A stretch of DNA of 56,229 bases from Chlorobiota bacterium (GTDB taxonomy: Bacteria > Bacteroidota > Bacteroidia > Bacteroidales > JAADGE01), in the NCBI GenBank assembly GCA_013153865.1, contig JAADDR010000063.1, positions 1 through 56,229 on the forward strand, written 5' to 3'. Made by a program: the position numbers and the translations under genes. The notes under the pieces were generated by a model. The model did no database searches, was not told the DNA's origin, and was given only the letters and a program-made list of their open reading frames with translations. Positions 47,311 through 56,180 of the stretch are shown piece by piece (position 1 is the stretch's first letter; each line of letters opens with the position of its first letter).

Positions 47311-48861
47311 TTATCCGAGTTTTTTAAGCAGATTTTTGATGTTAACTTCGTTATCTACGGTTTCGAGTATGTTTTCGGTTTTTATTCTTTTTTGTTCCAT
47401 CGTGTCTCTGTATCTTATTGTTACGGTGTTGTCTTTTAAGGTTTGATGATCTACGGTGATGCAGAACGGAGTTCCGGTTGCGTCTTGTCTTCGGTATCGT
47501 TTCCCTATTGAGTCTTTTTCTTCGTATTGACAGTTGAAGTCGTATTTCAGCATGTTAAGTATTTCTCTTGCTTTTTCGGGCAGTCCGTCTTTTTTTACCA
47601 ACGGCAGAATTGCGACTTTAACGGGTGCAAGAGCGGGCGGGATTCTGAGAACTGTTCTTGTTTCGGTTTTTCCGTTTTCTTTTTTGATTGTTTCTTCGTC
47701 GTATGCGTTTGAGAGAATTGCGAGGAACATTCTGTCAACTCCGATTGATGTTTCTATTACGTACGGGACGTATGATTTGTTTGTTTCGGGGTCGAAGTAT
47801 TGCAGTTTTTTGCCGGAAAATTCTTGGTGTCGCGTGAGGTCGAAGTCGGTTCTTGAATGTATTCCTTCGAGTTCTTTGAATCCGAACGGGAATTTAAATT
47901 CTATGTCTGTTGCGGCTTTTGCGTAGTGTGCGAGGTTTTCGTGGTCGTGAAAGCGGTAATTTTCGTTGCCGAGGTTTAGTGCTTTGTGCCATTTTATTCT
48001 GGTATTTTTCCAGTATTCGAACCATTTGTCTTCTTCGCCGGGGCGGATAAAGAATTGCATTTCCATTTGTTCGAATTCCCGCATACGGAATATGAATTGT
48101 CTTGCCACTATTTCGTTACGGAATGCTTTTCCGATTTGTGCGATTCCGAAGGGGAGTTTCATACGTCCTGTTTTTTGGACATTGAGGTAGTTTACGAAGA
48201 TTCCTTGTGCGGTTTCGGGTCGGAGGTATATTTTGTCGGCATTTTCGCTTACCGAGCCGAGTTTTGTGTCGAACATAAGGTTGAATTGTCTTACGTCCGT
48301 CCAGTTTTTGCTTCCGGAAACGGGGCATGTAATGCCTTCGTCGATTATTATTTGTTTTATTTCGGCAAGGTTGCCTGTTTCGGTTGCTTTTTTAAATCTG
48401 TCGAGTATTGTGTTTATTTTTTTTTGTCTTTCGATTATTCGTGAGTTTGTTTCTCTGAATTGTTTTTCGTCGAATGCATCGCCGAATCGTTTTTTTGCTT
48501 TTTCGATGTCTTTATTTATTTTGGCTTCTATTTTTGCGACGTGTTCTTCTATGAGGACATCTGCCCGGTATCTTTTTTTGGAGTCTTTGTTGTCTATTAA
48601 GGGGTCGTTGAAAGCTCCTACGTGTCCTGATGCTTTCCAGACTTCGGGGTGCATGAATATTGCGGAGTCAACTGCAACGATATTTTCGTGGAGTTTTACC
48701 ATTGAGTCTTTCCAGTATCGTTTTATGTTTTCTTTGAGTTCGCTTCCGTTTTGTCCGTAGTCGTAAACGGCGCTTAATCCGTCGTATATTTCGCTTGATT
48801 GAAATACGAATCCGTATTCTTTTGCGTGTGCTATAACTTTTTTGAATTTGTCTTCGGTCAT
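47311..48861 (-). CDS. glyQS: Glycine--tRNA ligase (homodimeric class II type)
   Basis: YGFVFQSSEIYDGLSAVYDYGQNG, LRPETAQGIFVNY, IAQIGKAFRNEI and ETSIGVDR are present, with a C-terminal anticodon-binding domain. Length is 516 aa. Confidence 0.95.
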   Translation of the reverse strand: MTEDKFKKVIAHAKEYGFVFQSSEIYDGLSAVYDYGQNGSELKENIKRYWKDSMVKLHENIVAVDSAIFMHPEVWKASGHVGAFNDPLIDNKDSKKRYRADVLIEEHVAKIEAKINKDIEKAKKRFGDAFDEKQFRETNSRIIERQKKINTILDRFKKATETGNLAEIKQIIIDEGITCPVSGSKNWTDVRQFNLMFDTKLGSVSENADKIYLRPETAQGIFVNYLNVQKTGRMKLPFGIAQIGKAFRNEIVARQFIFRMREFEQMEMQFFIRPGEEDKWFEYWKNTRIKWHKALNLGNENYRFHDHENLAHYAKAATDIEFKFPFGFKELEGIHSRTDFDLTRHQEFSGKKLQYFDPETNKSYVPYVIETSIGVDRMFLAILSNAYDEETIKKENGKTETRTVLRIPPALAPVKVAILPLVKKDGLPEKAREILNMLKYDFNCQYEEKDSIGKRYRRQDATGTPFCITVDHQTLKDNTVTIRYRDTMEQKRIKTENILETVDNEVNIKNLLKKLG

Positions 48862-48878
48862 TTTTCTGAATTTTGCCG

Positions 48879-48886
48879 CAAATTTA
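48879..48886 (-). promoter_or_regulatory. Candidate -7 promoter element (TAnnTTTG) for glyQS
   Basis: The minus strand reads TAAATTTG 18 nt upstream of the glyQS ATG. There is no clean -33 TTG. Confidence 0.3.
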
Positions 48887-48942
48887 ATTTAATTATCTTT
48901 TTAAGCGTTAATTTAGTGTTAAAATATGAATAAGTCCTGTTT

Positions 48943-50115
48943 TTATATACTCAGGAATGACAGTATGAAAGATACTACGGTAATTATTATTCCGGTAATA
49001 AATACGTTGTATGATATTCTTAAAAGTTTGTATTTTTTTGCGAGGACTTTTCCGAGTGCGTATTGGTCGTGAATCATTGCCGAATAGAGGTCGTCTTCGT
49101 TTTTCATTACTTCTCTCAGAGCTTTTTCGTATTTTTCGAGTTCCATGTTGTAGAAGTTTCCGAAGAATAACAGGTTTACTTTTTTTTGTTTCAGGTCTTC
49201 TTCCGTAAAAGTTCCGGATGATACGACGGGGCGTGTTGAGAGTATGGCGAATATTACCGTAACGACACAGAATAACAATACTATAATTACCGGTATTATT
49301 ATGTTCGGCATTTCTTCGAATTTAGATATAAGAAATGTCATTGATATTGACATTATGATTGTGTTAACGGAAATCAGTATGTTTGATTTTTTGTCGGCAA
49401 TGGAGCTTAGGTTTATTTGCATTCTTGCGGTATTTCTGAGCATTGATTCTACACCGCGCGAGTATTTTCTTGTTTTTTTATTTTTCTTTTTTTTGTCTTT
49501 TTTCTTTTTTTTCATGTTTTCTATTTCGGTTTGCAGTTTTTTCAGTATTTTTTCTTTTTTCGGTTGCAGTTCTTTTTTTGCAAATTCCGTATGATATTTA
49601 TGGTTGAGAAAAAATTGTTCGGATTCGAGATAAAATTTTTGTTTGCTTATGTTTTTTCCGGAGATGTTTTCTTTTTCTTCTCTCATTTTTTCTATTATTT
49701 TAAAATAAAATTCTTCGGTAAGGTGGAAAAGATCGGCATCGCAAAGGATTTCGGCTTCCGGAGAATCCGGTGATTGCGGTGTTCGGGTTGCTTTTATGCA
49801 TTTTTTTATTTTTGAAATTGTTTTTTCGTCTATACCTTTATTTTTTAAAAAGTCGGCAGCTATTTCGGCGCCGGTTTCTTCGTGGTTTTCCGGATTTATG
49901 ATGTATCCGGTGTCGTGAAACCAAGCGCAAAGTTTTACGAGGTTTATACTGTTTGAGTTTAAACCGGATTTTTTGCCTATTATTTCGGCTTTTTCGGCAA
50001 CGTATTTTGTGTGTTCGATTGTGTGAAATTTGATATTTTCGGGCAGTTTTTCGGATAAAAGTTTTGTAACGTAATCGGCTGCTTCGTTTATTAAGTCGTT
50101 GTTTATTGTGTTCAT
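48943..50115 (-). CDS. HD-domain phosphohydrolase fused to a C-terminal 3-TM module resembling the Pycsar effector (DUF5706) family
   Basis: I start the gene at MNTINNDLINEAADYV; the upstream ATG at 50199 would overlap the preceding gene. The HD motifs are HTIEH, WFHDTGY and CDADLFH. A poly-K linker (KKKKKDKKKKNKK) follows. The C-terminal module reads MLRNTARMQINLSSIADKKSNILISVNTII... with TM helices, STRP and FFGNF. Confidence 0.7.
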   Translation of the reverse strand: MNTINNDLINEAADYVTKLLSEKLPENIKFHTIEHTKYVAEKAEIIGKKSGLNSNSINLVKLCAWFHDTGYIINPENHEETGAEIAADFLKNKGIDEKTISKIKKCIKATRTPQSPDSPEAEILCDADLFHLTEEFYFKIIEKMREEKENISGKNISKQKFYLESEQFFLNHKYHTEFAKKELQPKKEKILKKLQTEIENMKKKKKDKKKKNKKTRKYSRGVESMLRNTARMQINLSSIADKKSNILISVNTIIMSISMTFLISKFEEMPNIIIPVIIVLLFCVVTVIFAILSTRPVVSSGTFTEEDLKQKKVNLLFFGNFYNMELEKYEKALREVMKNEDDLYSAMIHDQYALGKVLAKKYKLLRISYNVFITGIIITVVSFILSFLSI

Positions 50116-50155
50116 TTTAGTATGTTTATGTTTTGTTAACGGTATAAAAAGTTTG

Positions 50156-53100
50156 TCAGAATGTATAACTGAAGCCGAAGTTAATAAAATTATCTTCAAC
50201 AGATTTGTTATAAGTGAGAGTAAGTGCGGTAAAGTTAAACGGTATGAGCCAAATGCCTGCTCCGTAGCCGTCGTGCCAAGTCGGGGAATCTTGATTTTCG
50301 TAAAATACTTTTCCCGTGTCGTTAAAAATCATAATTCCGGCTTCGCCGTTGAGCAGGTATGTTCTTATGTTTTTAATTTTAAATCTTATTTCGGTATTTT
50401 GGAATAAGTATGCGTCTCCGGCGAATCTGTCTGCTCTGAAACCTCTCAGGTTTGTTTTTCCGCCTAGAAAATTAGCCGTCATGAAATCGTATTCGCCGAT
50501 GTTTACGGCGCCTCCGAATCTTAAAGCGAGAACGATTCGGGGGTCTTTTCTGAAGCTTAGAAACAGTCTGATGTCAGAGTTTATTTTTACAAAATTTTCA
50601 TTGTTTTTATTTATGTCGTAAAATCCTGCAATTTTTGTTTTCCACAGTATGCCTCTTTCGGGCCTTATTTTATTGTTTAGGGTATTTACGGTATATTCGG
50701 TGTTTATTCCCGTGTAGTTATGTTCGTTGAATGCCGAAGCCGGCAGTTGTTCGGCAATGTCGCCGATGAATCTTCCGGCTGTGTCGGTAAGTTCGTAGTA
50801 TTTGTAAAATATTCCCAAGGTGTAATTAAAGTTTTTTCCTGTTGTTTTTTTCAGTGCGGGATTAATCATTATGTGTTTGTATCTTAGTCTGTAGTAATAT
50901 TCGGAGTCGTATGTTTTAACCGTTTCGTTTCCCAGACCGTAAAAATTATTTACGTTGCGCGGGAAATTAAGTTCGGCGTTTATCGACAAGTCGAAGTTTT
51001 GCGATATTGAAGAAAACAATCCGTTGTATTTAAATGAAAATGCTCCGGTTTTAAATGCGATATTTCCGGTTATTTTTTGGATAATCGAGTCTCGAAAGTT
51101 GTATTTTTTTATTTTTGTTCCTATTCCTATATATGCACCGTCGTCAATTTTGTATCCGAAATAAAGTAAGGGAATGGTTTTGTCGTATTTGAATTGAAAT
51201 CTGTCGTATTTATTAATTGATTTATTTTTTGAGAGTTGCATTCGTGTTTCGTTTTTTGTAACGAATTTGTTTTTTTTGTCTTTTCGGTCGTAAATTATTG
51301 TTTTTTTGTTTAATCCGGCAACGTGTGACGTGTCGATAAATGTATCGTTACCTTTTCCTCCTATAATTCGTATTTTTATTCCTTTTTTACTTTTACCGGA
51401 AATAACGAAGGTGTCTTTTCCTTTTAGTCCGTAAAGTCTTATTTCTTTTGTTTCGTTTTTTATAAATTCCCGTTTATATATTTGTTTTTCGGGTTTGTTT
51501 TTGTGTAAGGTATAGACGGTGACTTCAGTGTTTCCGTTTTTTTTTCTTTTAACTTCAAAAAGGTCGTTTTTGTTTGTTCCGGTAACATCAACGGCTTTTG
51601 CAAGGAATTTATATAGTTTTTCGGCATATTCCGGAAGGTATTTAAGTCTGTATTTTAATTTTTCTTCGGTAAAATTTCCTATTGAATCGCAGATATTTTC
51701 CGGCATTTGCGATATTGCTCTTTTTATGACGGAATCGGTTATTTTAAGTTTTATGTCTTCGGCGGTTTTTTTCCAGTCGTTCAGATCGGGTTCCGTTATG
51801 AAAGTTCTGTCGAAGTGTCTGGCATTGAAAGCCAATCCTTCGACATCTTTAAGAGAGTCGTTAAATCCTTGAAATTTACGGGCTATCCATTTTTGTTTAA
51901 GTATTTTCATAGCCAGTCCTTCGTTTACGAAAAAAACTTGGTCTCTGTCTCTCGGTATCGGCTTGTATATTTTATTATTTTCGGTTTTAAATTCCGCCCA
52001 TCTCCATTGGTCGTCGTGTCTGTCCCAGTCGTTAAGCAGTATGTCGAATATGCGAGCTCTCATAACTGCTTTTTGGTCAACGGTGCAGTCTGCGTTTTTG
52101 TGAATTTTTTTAATAACTTTAGTTGTGCTTATTATTTTTTCGGAATTTCCGAAGCTTGCGACGTCTTTTCTGTTTCCGGCAGGTCTTTCTTCAAATAAAA
52201 AAACTTGCCGGGCTGTTTTGTCTTGATAAATTCCGAATCCGGGGTCGTCGGGTATCCAAAAGATTTCGGGGTTTGTATGCATAATTCCCGCGGCGTCGGC
52301 AAGAACCGGAACAACTACTGCCGCAAAGGGGTTTGATGCCGAGACACCGTCTTGCAAGATGTCTACGGCGGCGGTATTACGAAATTCCGGAGGCAGTGCT
52401 TTTTCTACGGATTTGTTTATTGAGCGTAATACATATTGCTTGTTGTCGGGGTTTTTCATTCTTAAAGAAAATGTTTGTTGACCTCCTCCTCTTTTAATAA
52501 TCGACAGGCCTCCTTTTTGTGTTCTTATGTCGAAAACGGGGAATTCCGTTTCTGCGGCCCAAATGTTTCGATAGTTGTTTCCTGTCATAAAGCGTCGGAA
52601 TTTGCTTACTTTGTCATATTTATCGTTTATTTTTGTTTTTACGACAGTATCCGTAATGCGAAAATTTTCGGCATATTTTTTTTCTTTTTCGGGATTATAA
52701 ACCGGTTTGTTGAGTATTGTTTTTTCGAATATTATTTTTTCTTTTCTTTCGGATGTTATAAATTCCAGTTTAACATCTCCGTTTTTGAAAAATATAAGTT
52801 TCCCGAAACCTTTTCCTGAATATGCAAAATTTGTTTTGTTGTTTTTTTTTGCCGTGAAAGATGCTTTTCCTCCGCTTCCGCTTATTATATGTCTTAATCC
52901 GTTTTTATTTACGTATTGCAGGTTGTGTTCGTGTCCGGCAGCGTATATTACGTCGGGGTATTTTTTAAAGACGTTTGTCATCAGACGAATAAATTCTTTG
53001 TATTCGGGATGTGCCGTATCTTGAATGTTCCCCAGATATTTTCTGTATCCGGTGTATATTATTCCCGGTAAGGGTATGAATAATGCGGGGTTTAGGTTTC

Positions 53101-53821
53101 GAAGCGGAAAGATATAGTCGGATAAGGGGAAATATCCGCCGTGTTTTCCTATGCTGTATAGGGGGTGGTGTGTTGCGAATATTATTTTTTTATTTTTGTT
53201 TCGGTTAAGGATATCGTCTATACGCAGGTATAAATCGGCTTCGGATTTAAAAATACATTCTTGGTCTGTTTCTTGATTCGTGTTTTTTTGAAACCATTGT
53301 TGCGAGTCGAATATTATCAGGGTAATGTCTTCTGACAGGTTAATTTCTTCGGGACCGGAGCATGCATTGTCCGGACGGTAAACGTTTCCTTTGTTAAGGT
53401 ATTGTTCTATGTATTTTTCTTCGTTTTTTACCGATTCGTAACCGTCTTTTTTGCCTTTTGCCCAGTCGTGATTTCCCGGGAGCATAAATATTTTTCCGTT
53501 GAAAGGTTTAAAAATTTCGAGTATTTTTTTCAAGTTTTTTTCTGCTTCGGGGAAGTTTTTTTCGGATGAATCCGGCAGTCCGAAAGGGTAAAGTATGTCT
53601 CCTAAGATTATAACGGCTTTTTTTGACGAGTCGGCATCTGAATATTTTTTAAAAAAGTTAAGGTTTGAGAGTCCTGCGGAGTCTGTTCTCAGGTCTCCGA
53701 TAAGATATATCGAATAAAGAATCTCGGAATGTTTGTTTTTGTTGTCGTTTTGTGCATAAGAGCTTATTGCGATTACGGTATATGCAATTGTTATTATTAT
53801 GTTTTTTATTTTTAATTTCAT
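50156..53821 (-). CDS. Calcineurin-like metallophosphoesterase fused to a large middle region and a C-terminal Omp85/BamA-type beta-barrel
   Basis: It has a signal peptide. The metallophosphoesterase motifs are LIGDLRTD, ILGDILYP, LPGNHDW, ATHHPLYS and AAGHEHNLQY. The C-terminal ~350 aa barrel contains GGKTNLRGFRADRFAGD and ends in ...GFSYTF. Confidence 0.8.
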   Translation of the reverse strand: MKLKIKNIIITIAYTVIAISSYAQNDNKNKHSEILYSIYLIGDLRTDSAGLSNLNFFKKYSDADSSKKAVIILGDILYPFGLPDSSEKNFPEAEKNLKKILEIFKPFNGKIFMLPGNHDWAKGKKDGYESVKNEEKYIEQYLNKGNVYRPDNACSGPEEINLSEDITLIIFDSQQWFQKNTNQETDQECIFKSEADLYLRIDDILNRNKNKKIIFATHHPLYSIGKHGGYFPLSDYIFPLRNLNPALFIPLPGIIYTGYRKYLGNIQDTAHPEYKEFIRLMTNVFKKYPDVIYAAGHEHNLQYVNKNGLRHIISGSGGKASFTAKKNNKTNFAYSGKGFGKLIFFKNGDVKLEFITSERKEKIIFEKTILNKPVYNPEKEKKYAENFRITDTVVKTKINDKYDKVSKFRRFMTGNNYRNIWAAETEFPVFDIRTQKGGLSIIKRGGGQQTFSLRMKNPDNKQYVLRSINKSVEKALPPEFRNTAAVDILQDGVSASNPFAAVVVPVLADAAGIMHTNPEIFWIPDDPGFGIYQDKTARQVFLFEERPAGNRKDVASFGNSEKIISTTKVIKKIHKNADCTVDQKAVMRARIFDILLNDWDRHDDQWRWAEFKTENNKIYKPIPRDRDQVFFVNEGLAMKILKQKWIARKFQGFNDSLKDVEGLAFNARHFDRTFITEPDLNDWKKTAEDIKLKITDSVIKRAISQMPENICDSIGNFTEEKLKYRLKYLPEYAEKLYKFLAKAVDVTGTNKNDLFEVKRKKNGNTEVTVYTLHKNKPEKQIYKREFIKNETKEIRLYGLKGKDTFVISGKSKKGIKIRIIGGKGNDTFIDTSHVAGLNKKTIIYDRKDKKNKFVTKNETRMQLSKNKSINKYDRFQFKYDKTIPLLYFGYKIDDGAYIGIGTKIKKYNFRDSIIQKITGNIAFKTGAFSFKYNGLFSSISQNFDLSINAELNFPRNVNNFYGLGNETVKTYDSEYYYRLRYKHIMINPALKKTTGKNFNYTLGIFYKYYELTDTAGRFIGDIAEQLPASAFNEHNYTGINTEYTVNTLNNKIRPERGILWKTKIAGFYDINKNNENFVKINSDIRLFLSFRKDPRIVLALRFGGAVNIGEYDFMTANFLGGKTNLRGFRADRFAGDAYLFQNTEIRFKIKNIRTYLLNGEAGIMIFNDTGKVFYENQDSPTWHDGYGAGIWLIPFNFTALTLTYNKSVEDNFINFGFSYTF

Positions 53822-53825
53822 GATT

Positions 53826-54761
53826 TTATTTTTTCGGAGAGAATTTGAGTATTGTTGCTTTTTTGTTTTTGCCTTCGTTTGAGATAAAAAGTGTTCCGAC
53901 AGAGTCGAAGCAAATACCTTCGGGTTGCGGGAATATTTTTTTGTCGAGTTTTGTTACCGACAGTATTTTACCTTTCGGAGACAGTATTATTAGTGATTTC
54001 CCTACCGAAGCCGTTATATAAATATTTTTGCTTATGGGATGTATTGCTATTCCCGAGGGTTGAAAACTTATGTCACCGTCCGGAAGGTTTATCAGGTTTA
54101 GAGATTTGAGACCGAGTTTTGCAGCATGATTATAATTTTGATATTTTTTTACGGAATCGGTATTTATCAGTAAGAACGGTGATGGTTCAAGTTTTTCGGT
54201 TTTAATGTTGAATTTATAAACGGCTTTGTATTTTTTATGTTTTTTGTTTTTCGGGAAAGGGTATCCTTTGCATGCTATCAGGAGATTTTCGGAGTTACTG
54301 TCTGCACACAGTCCTTCGATATTATTTTTTTCGGTAAGAAATGTTTTGTGTTTTACTATTTTACGTTTGTTTTTCGAAAATATGTTTTTTATTTCATATA
54401 ATGTTCCGTTGCTTTTAACAGCCCACATGTTATTTTTTATTATTTCGAGTGCTTCGAAATCGCCTTTGCCTGCAAAATGTATTTTTTGTTCTGTTTTTCC
54501 GGTGTTCAGGTTAAACAGGTATATTATTCCTTTTTCGTCTTGTATGCATGCAAGTTTTTGTTTTCCTGATACGGTAAGACCGGATATTTCTTTTAATTCT
54601 TCGGTAAGCCGGTAAGTTTTGTCCGGTTCGGATAGTGAGTAGGGAATGTTTGGATTTTCGGGGATGTTTGTATTTTTATTTTCAATAATTAAAAATATTA
54701 CGGATGAAATGAATATTGCCGATAATGTTATAATGCTTATTTTTTTTATTCCTAGGGTCAT
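53826..54761 (-). CDS. SdiA-regulated-type beta-propeller protein with N-terminal membrane anchor
   Basis: It is 311 aa and the anchor is IITLSAIFISSVIFLII. The segments YRLTEELKEISGLT, FEALE, EGLC, PSGIAIHP and PEGICFD resemble the SdiA-regulated (YjiK-like) domain. Its ATG directly abuts the cyclase stop (TAAATG). Confidence 0.65.
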   Translation of the reverse strand: MTLGIKKISIITLSAIFISSVIFLIIENKNTNIPENPNIPYSLSEPDKTYRLTEELKEISGLTVSGKQKLACIQDEKGIIYLFNLNTGKTEQKIHFAGKGDFEALEIIKNNMWAVKSNGTLYEIKNIFSKNKRKIVKHKTFLTEKNNIEGLCADSNSENLLIACKGYPFPKNKKHKKYKAVYKFNIKTEKLEPSPFLLINTDSVKKYQNYNHAAKLGLKSLNLINLPDGDISFQPSGIAIHPISKNIYITASVGKSLIILSPKGKILSVTKLDKKIFPQPEGICFDSVGTLFISNEGKNKKATILKFSPKK

Positions 54762-56084
54762 TTATTTTATACTTTTCAGTTTATATAATAAAATACGTTT
54801 TTTGCTGCCCTTAATTTGTGCTTCTTCGAGTTTTTCGAAATCGGCTTTGTTTTTTTTATCAAGTTCTTCGAAAACATTTTTGGAAATAAGCATATTTGTA
54901 TTGTATTTTTTGTTCAGTTGCTCTATTCGAGATGCTATAATAACTACTTTCCCGGTTATAGAGAATTGTTTTCGCTCGGAAGATCCGATGTTTCCGGTAA
55001 CAGCCTCGTCATAATGTAATCCTATACCTATTTCTGTTTCGGGAATATTTCCTTTACGGCATTCGTTTTTGAGTTTTTTGAGTATTTTTTTAGATGCTTC
55101 TGTTGCATTTAAGCTGTTGTTTTTCAGTGAAACCGGAGCTCCGAATGTAGCCATAAAACCGTCTCCGAGAAATTGATTGATTACTCCTTCGTATTCTTGA
55201 ATAATGTCAATCATAAAACCGAACAGACTGTTTAAATACGTAACAACTTCTTCGGGTTGTCGTTGTTCTACAAACGGGGTAAAGTTTCGTATATCCAAAA
55301 ACATGATACAAACTTTTTTTCTTACTCCGGAGAGTTCGTTTTTATTTTTAAGAATATTTTCGGCAATTTGCGGTGATATTTGTTGTCCGAATAAATTTAT
55401 TATTTCATTTTTTTCCTGAATGTTTTTTCTTATTACCAGTATTTTCTTTTTTATCAGGTCTGCCGCAAATCCGGCAGCAATACCTGTAATAATCATAATT
55501 AATCCTTCTCCGAGATATTGCATTCCGGTTAAATCCGGTTTCATGTTGTTTGTAATATTACTGAAATTTGAATAATATACCGATATTAATATAAATTCGG
55601 AAGCAGCTAATATGCCTGAAAAAACAGACAGTCTGAAGTTGAGGTGGAATGTTGATAAAACTATGAAAATAAAAAAAGTCAGAGATGCCGGAGTTTGTAA
55701 TATTACGGTATTGTTTGAGTATTCTACTATAAAAATCAGTAAAAGGCTCAGAAGACTTATTTCGGAGAAGATATTAAAATATTCGAAAGTATATGCGGAA
55801 AATATTTTACGTTTTTTATTTAGAACAAGAAAGATTATGAGTTCGTATATTATGATAATAACCGTAAATATTAAAATTGCGTAAATTCCTATATTTGTTC
55901 CGAATAATTTAAAATACGGTTCTTTGTAAAAAAAATAAATTATTATTAAGAAAAAAGCTTCGAAGCCCAAAAGTCCTATAAGTATGGCTGCCCGTAAACG
56001 TTCGCTTTCAAAAAATTCAGAATAAAACAATTCGTTTGCGGATATTTTATCGTAAGATATTTGTTTTTTATTGTTGTTGCGCAT
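54762..56084 (-). CDS. Membrane-anchored (about 6 TM) class III adenylate/guanylate cyclase-domain protein
   Basis: ATG at 56084 is preferred over the TTG at 56111. The N-terminal ~220 aa is hydrophobic. The C-terminal catalytic domain reads KVCIMFLDIRNFT...FLGDGFMATFGAP...GIGLHYDEAVTGNIGS...FSITGKVVIIASRIE. Confidence 0.85.
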   Translation of the reverse strand: MRNNNKKQISYDKISANELFYSEFFESERLRAAILIGLLGFEAFFLIIIYFFYKEPYFKLFGTNIGIYAILIFTVIIIIYELIIFLVLNKKRKIFSAYTFEYFNIFSEISLLSLLLIFIVEYSNNTVILQTPASLTFFIFIVLSTFHLNFRLSVFSGILAASEFILISVYYSNFSNITNNMKPDLTGMQYLGEGLIMIITGIAAGFAADLIKKKILVIRKNIQEKNEIINLFGQQISPQIAENILKNKNELSGVRKKVCIMFLDIRNFTPFVEQRQPEEVVTYLNSLFGFMIDIIQEYEGVINQFLGDGFMATFGAPVSLKNNSLNATEASKKILKKLKNECRKGNIPETEIGIGLHYDEAVTGNIGSSERKQFSITGKVVIIASRIEQLNKKYNTNMLISKNVFEELDKKNKADFEKLEEAQIKGSKKRILLYKLKSIK

Positions 56085-56180
56085 ATTTAAATTATACCGA
56101 AAATAATGCAAAAATATGACATGTCGGTGAAAAATACCGTTAAAATTACAAATATTTCGAATTTATATTCCCCGAAAATT

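Noticed and set aside
46556-48760. Plus-strand ORFs of 210, 152, 175 and 130 aa opposite dusB and glyQS
   Set aside because: These are shadow frames of highly conserved minus-strand housekeeping genes. Their composition (F/S/C/V-rich) is typical of antisense translation.
50116-50199. Upstream start of the HD/effector-like gene
   Set aside because: It would overlap the last 44 nt of the metallophosphoesterase-Omp85 gene and adds non-conserved-looking residues. The ATG at 50115 leaves a 40-nt spacer.
48943-56084. Calling this locus a canonical Pycsar (pyrimidine cyclase) antiphage system
   Set aside because: Described Pycsar loci are adjacent cyclase-effector pairs. Here two large envelope genes sit between the cyclase and the effector-like gene. 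The cyclase is a 6-TM membrane type, the effector-like module is fused to an HD domain, and the surrounding region is core housekeeping with no mobile or defence genes. I report it only as a Pycsar-effector-like domain in a novel context.
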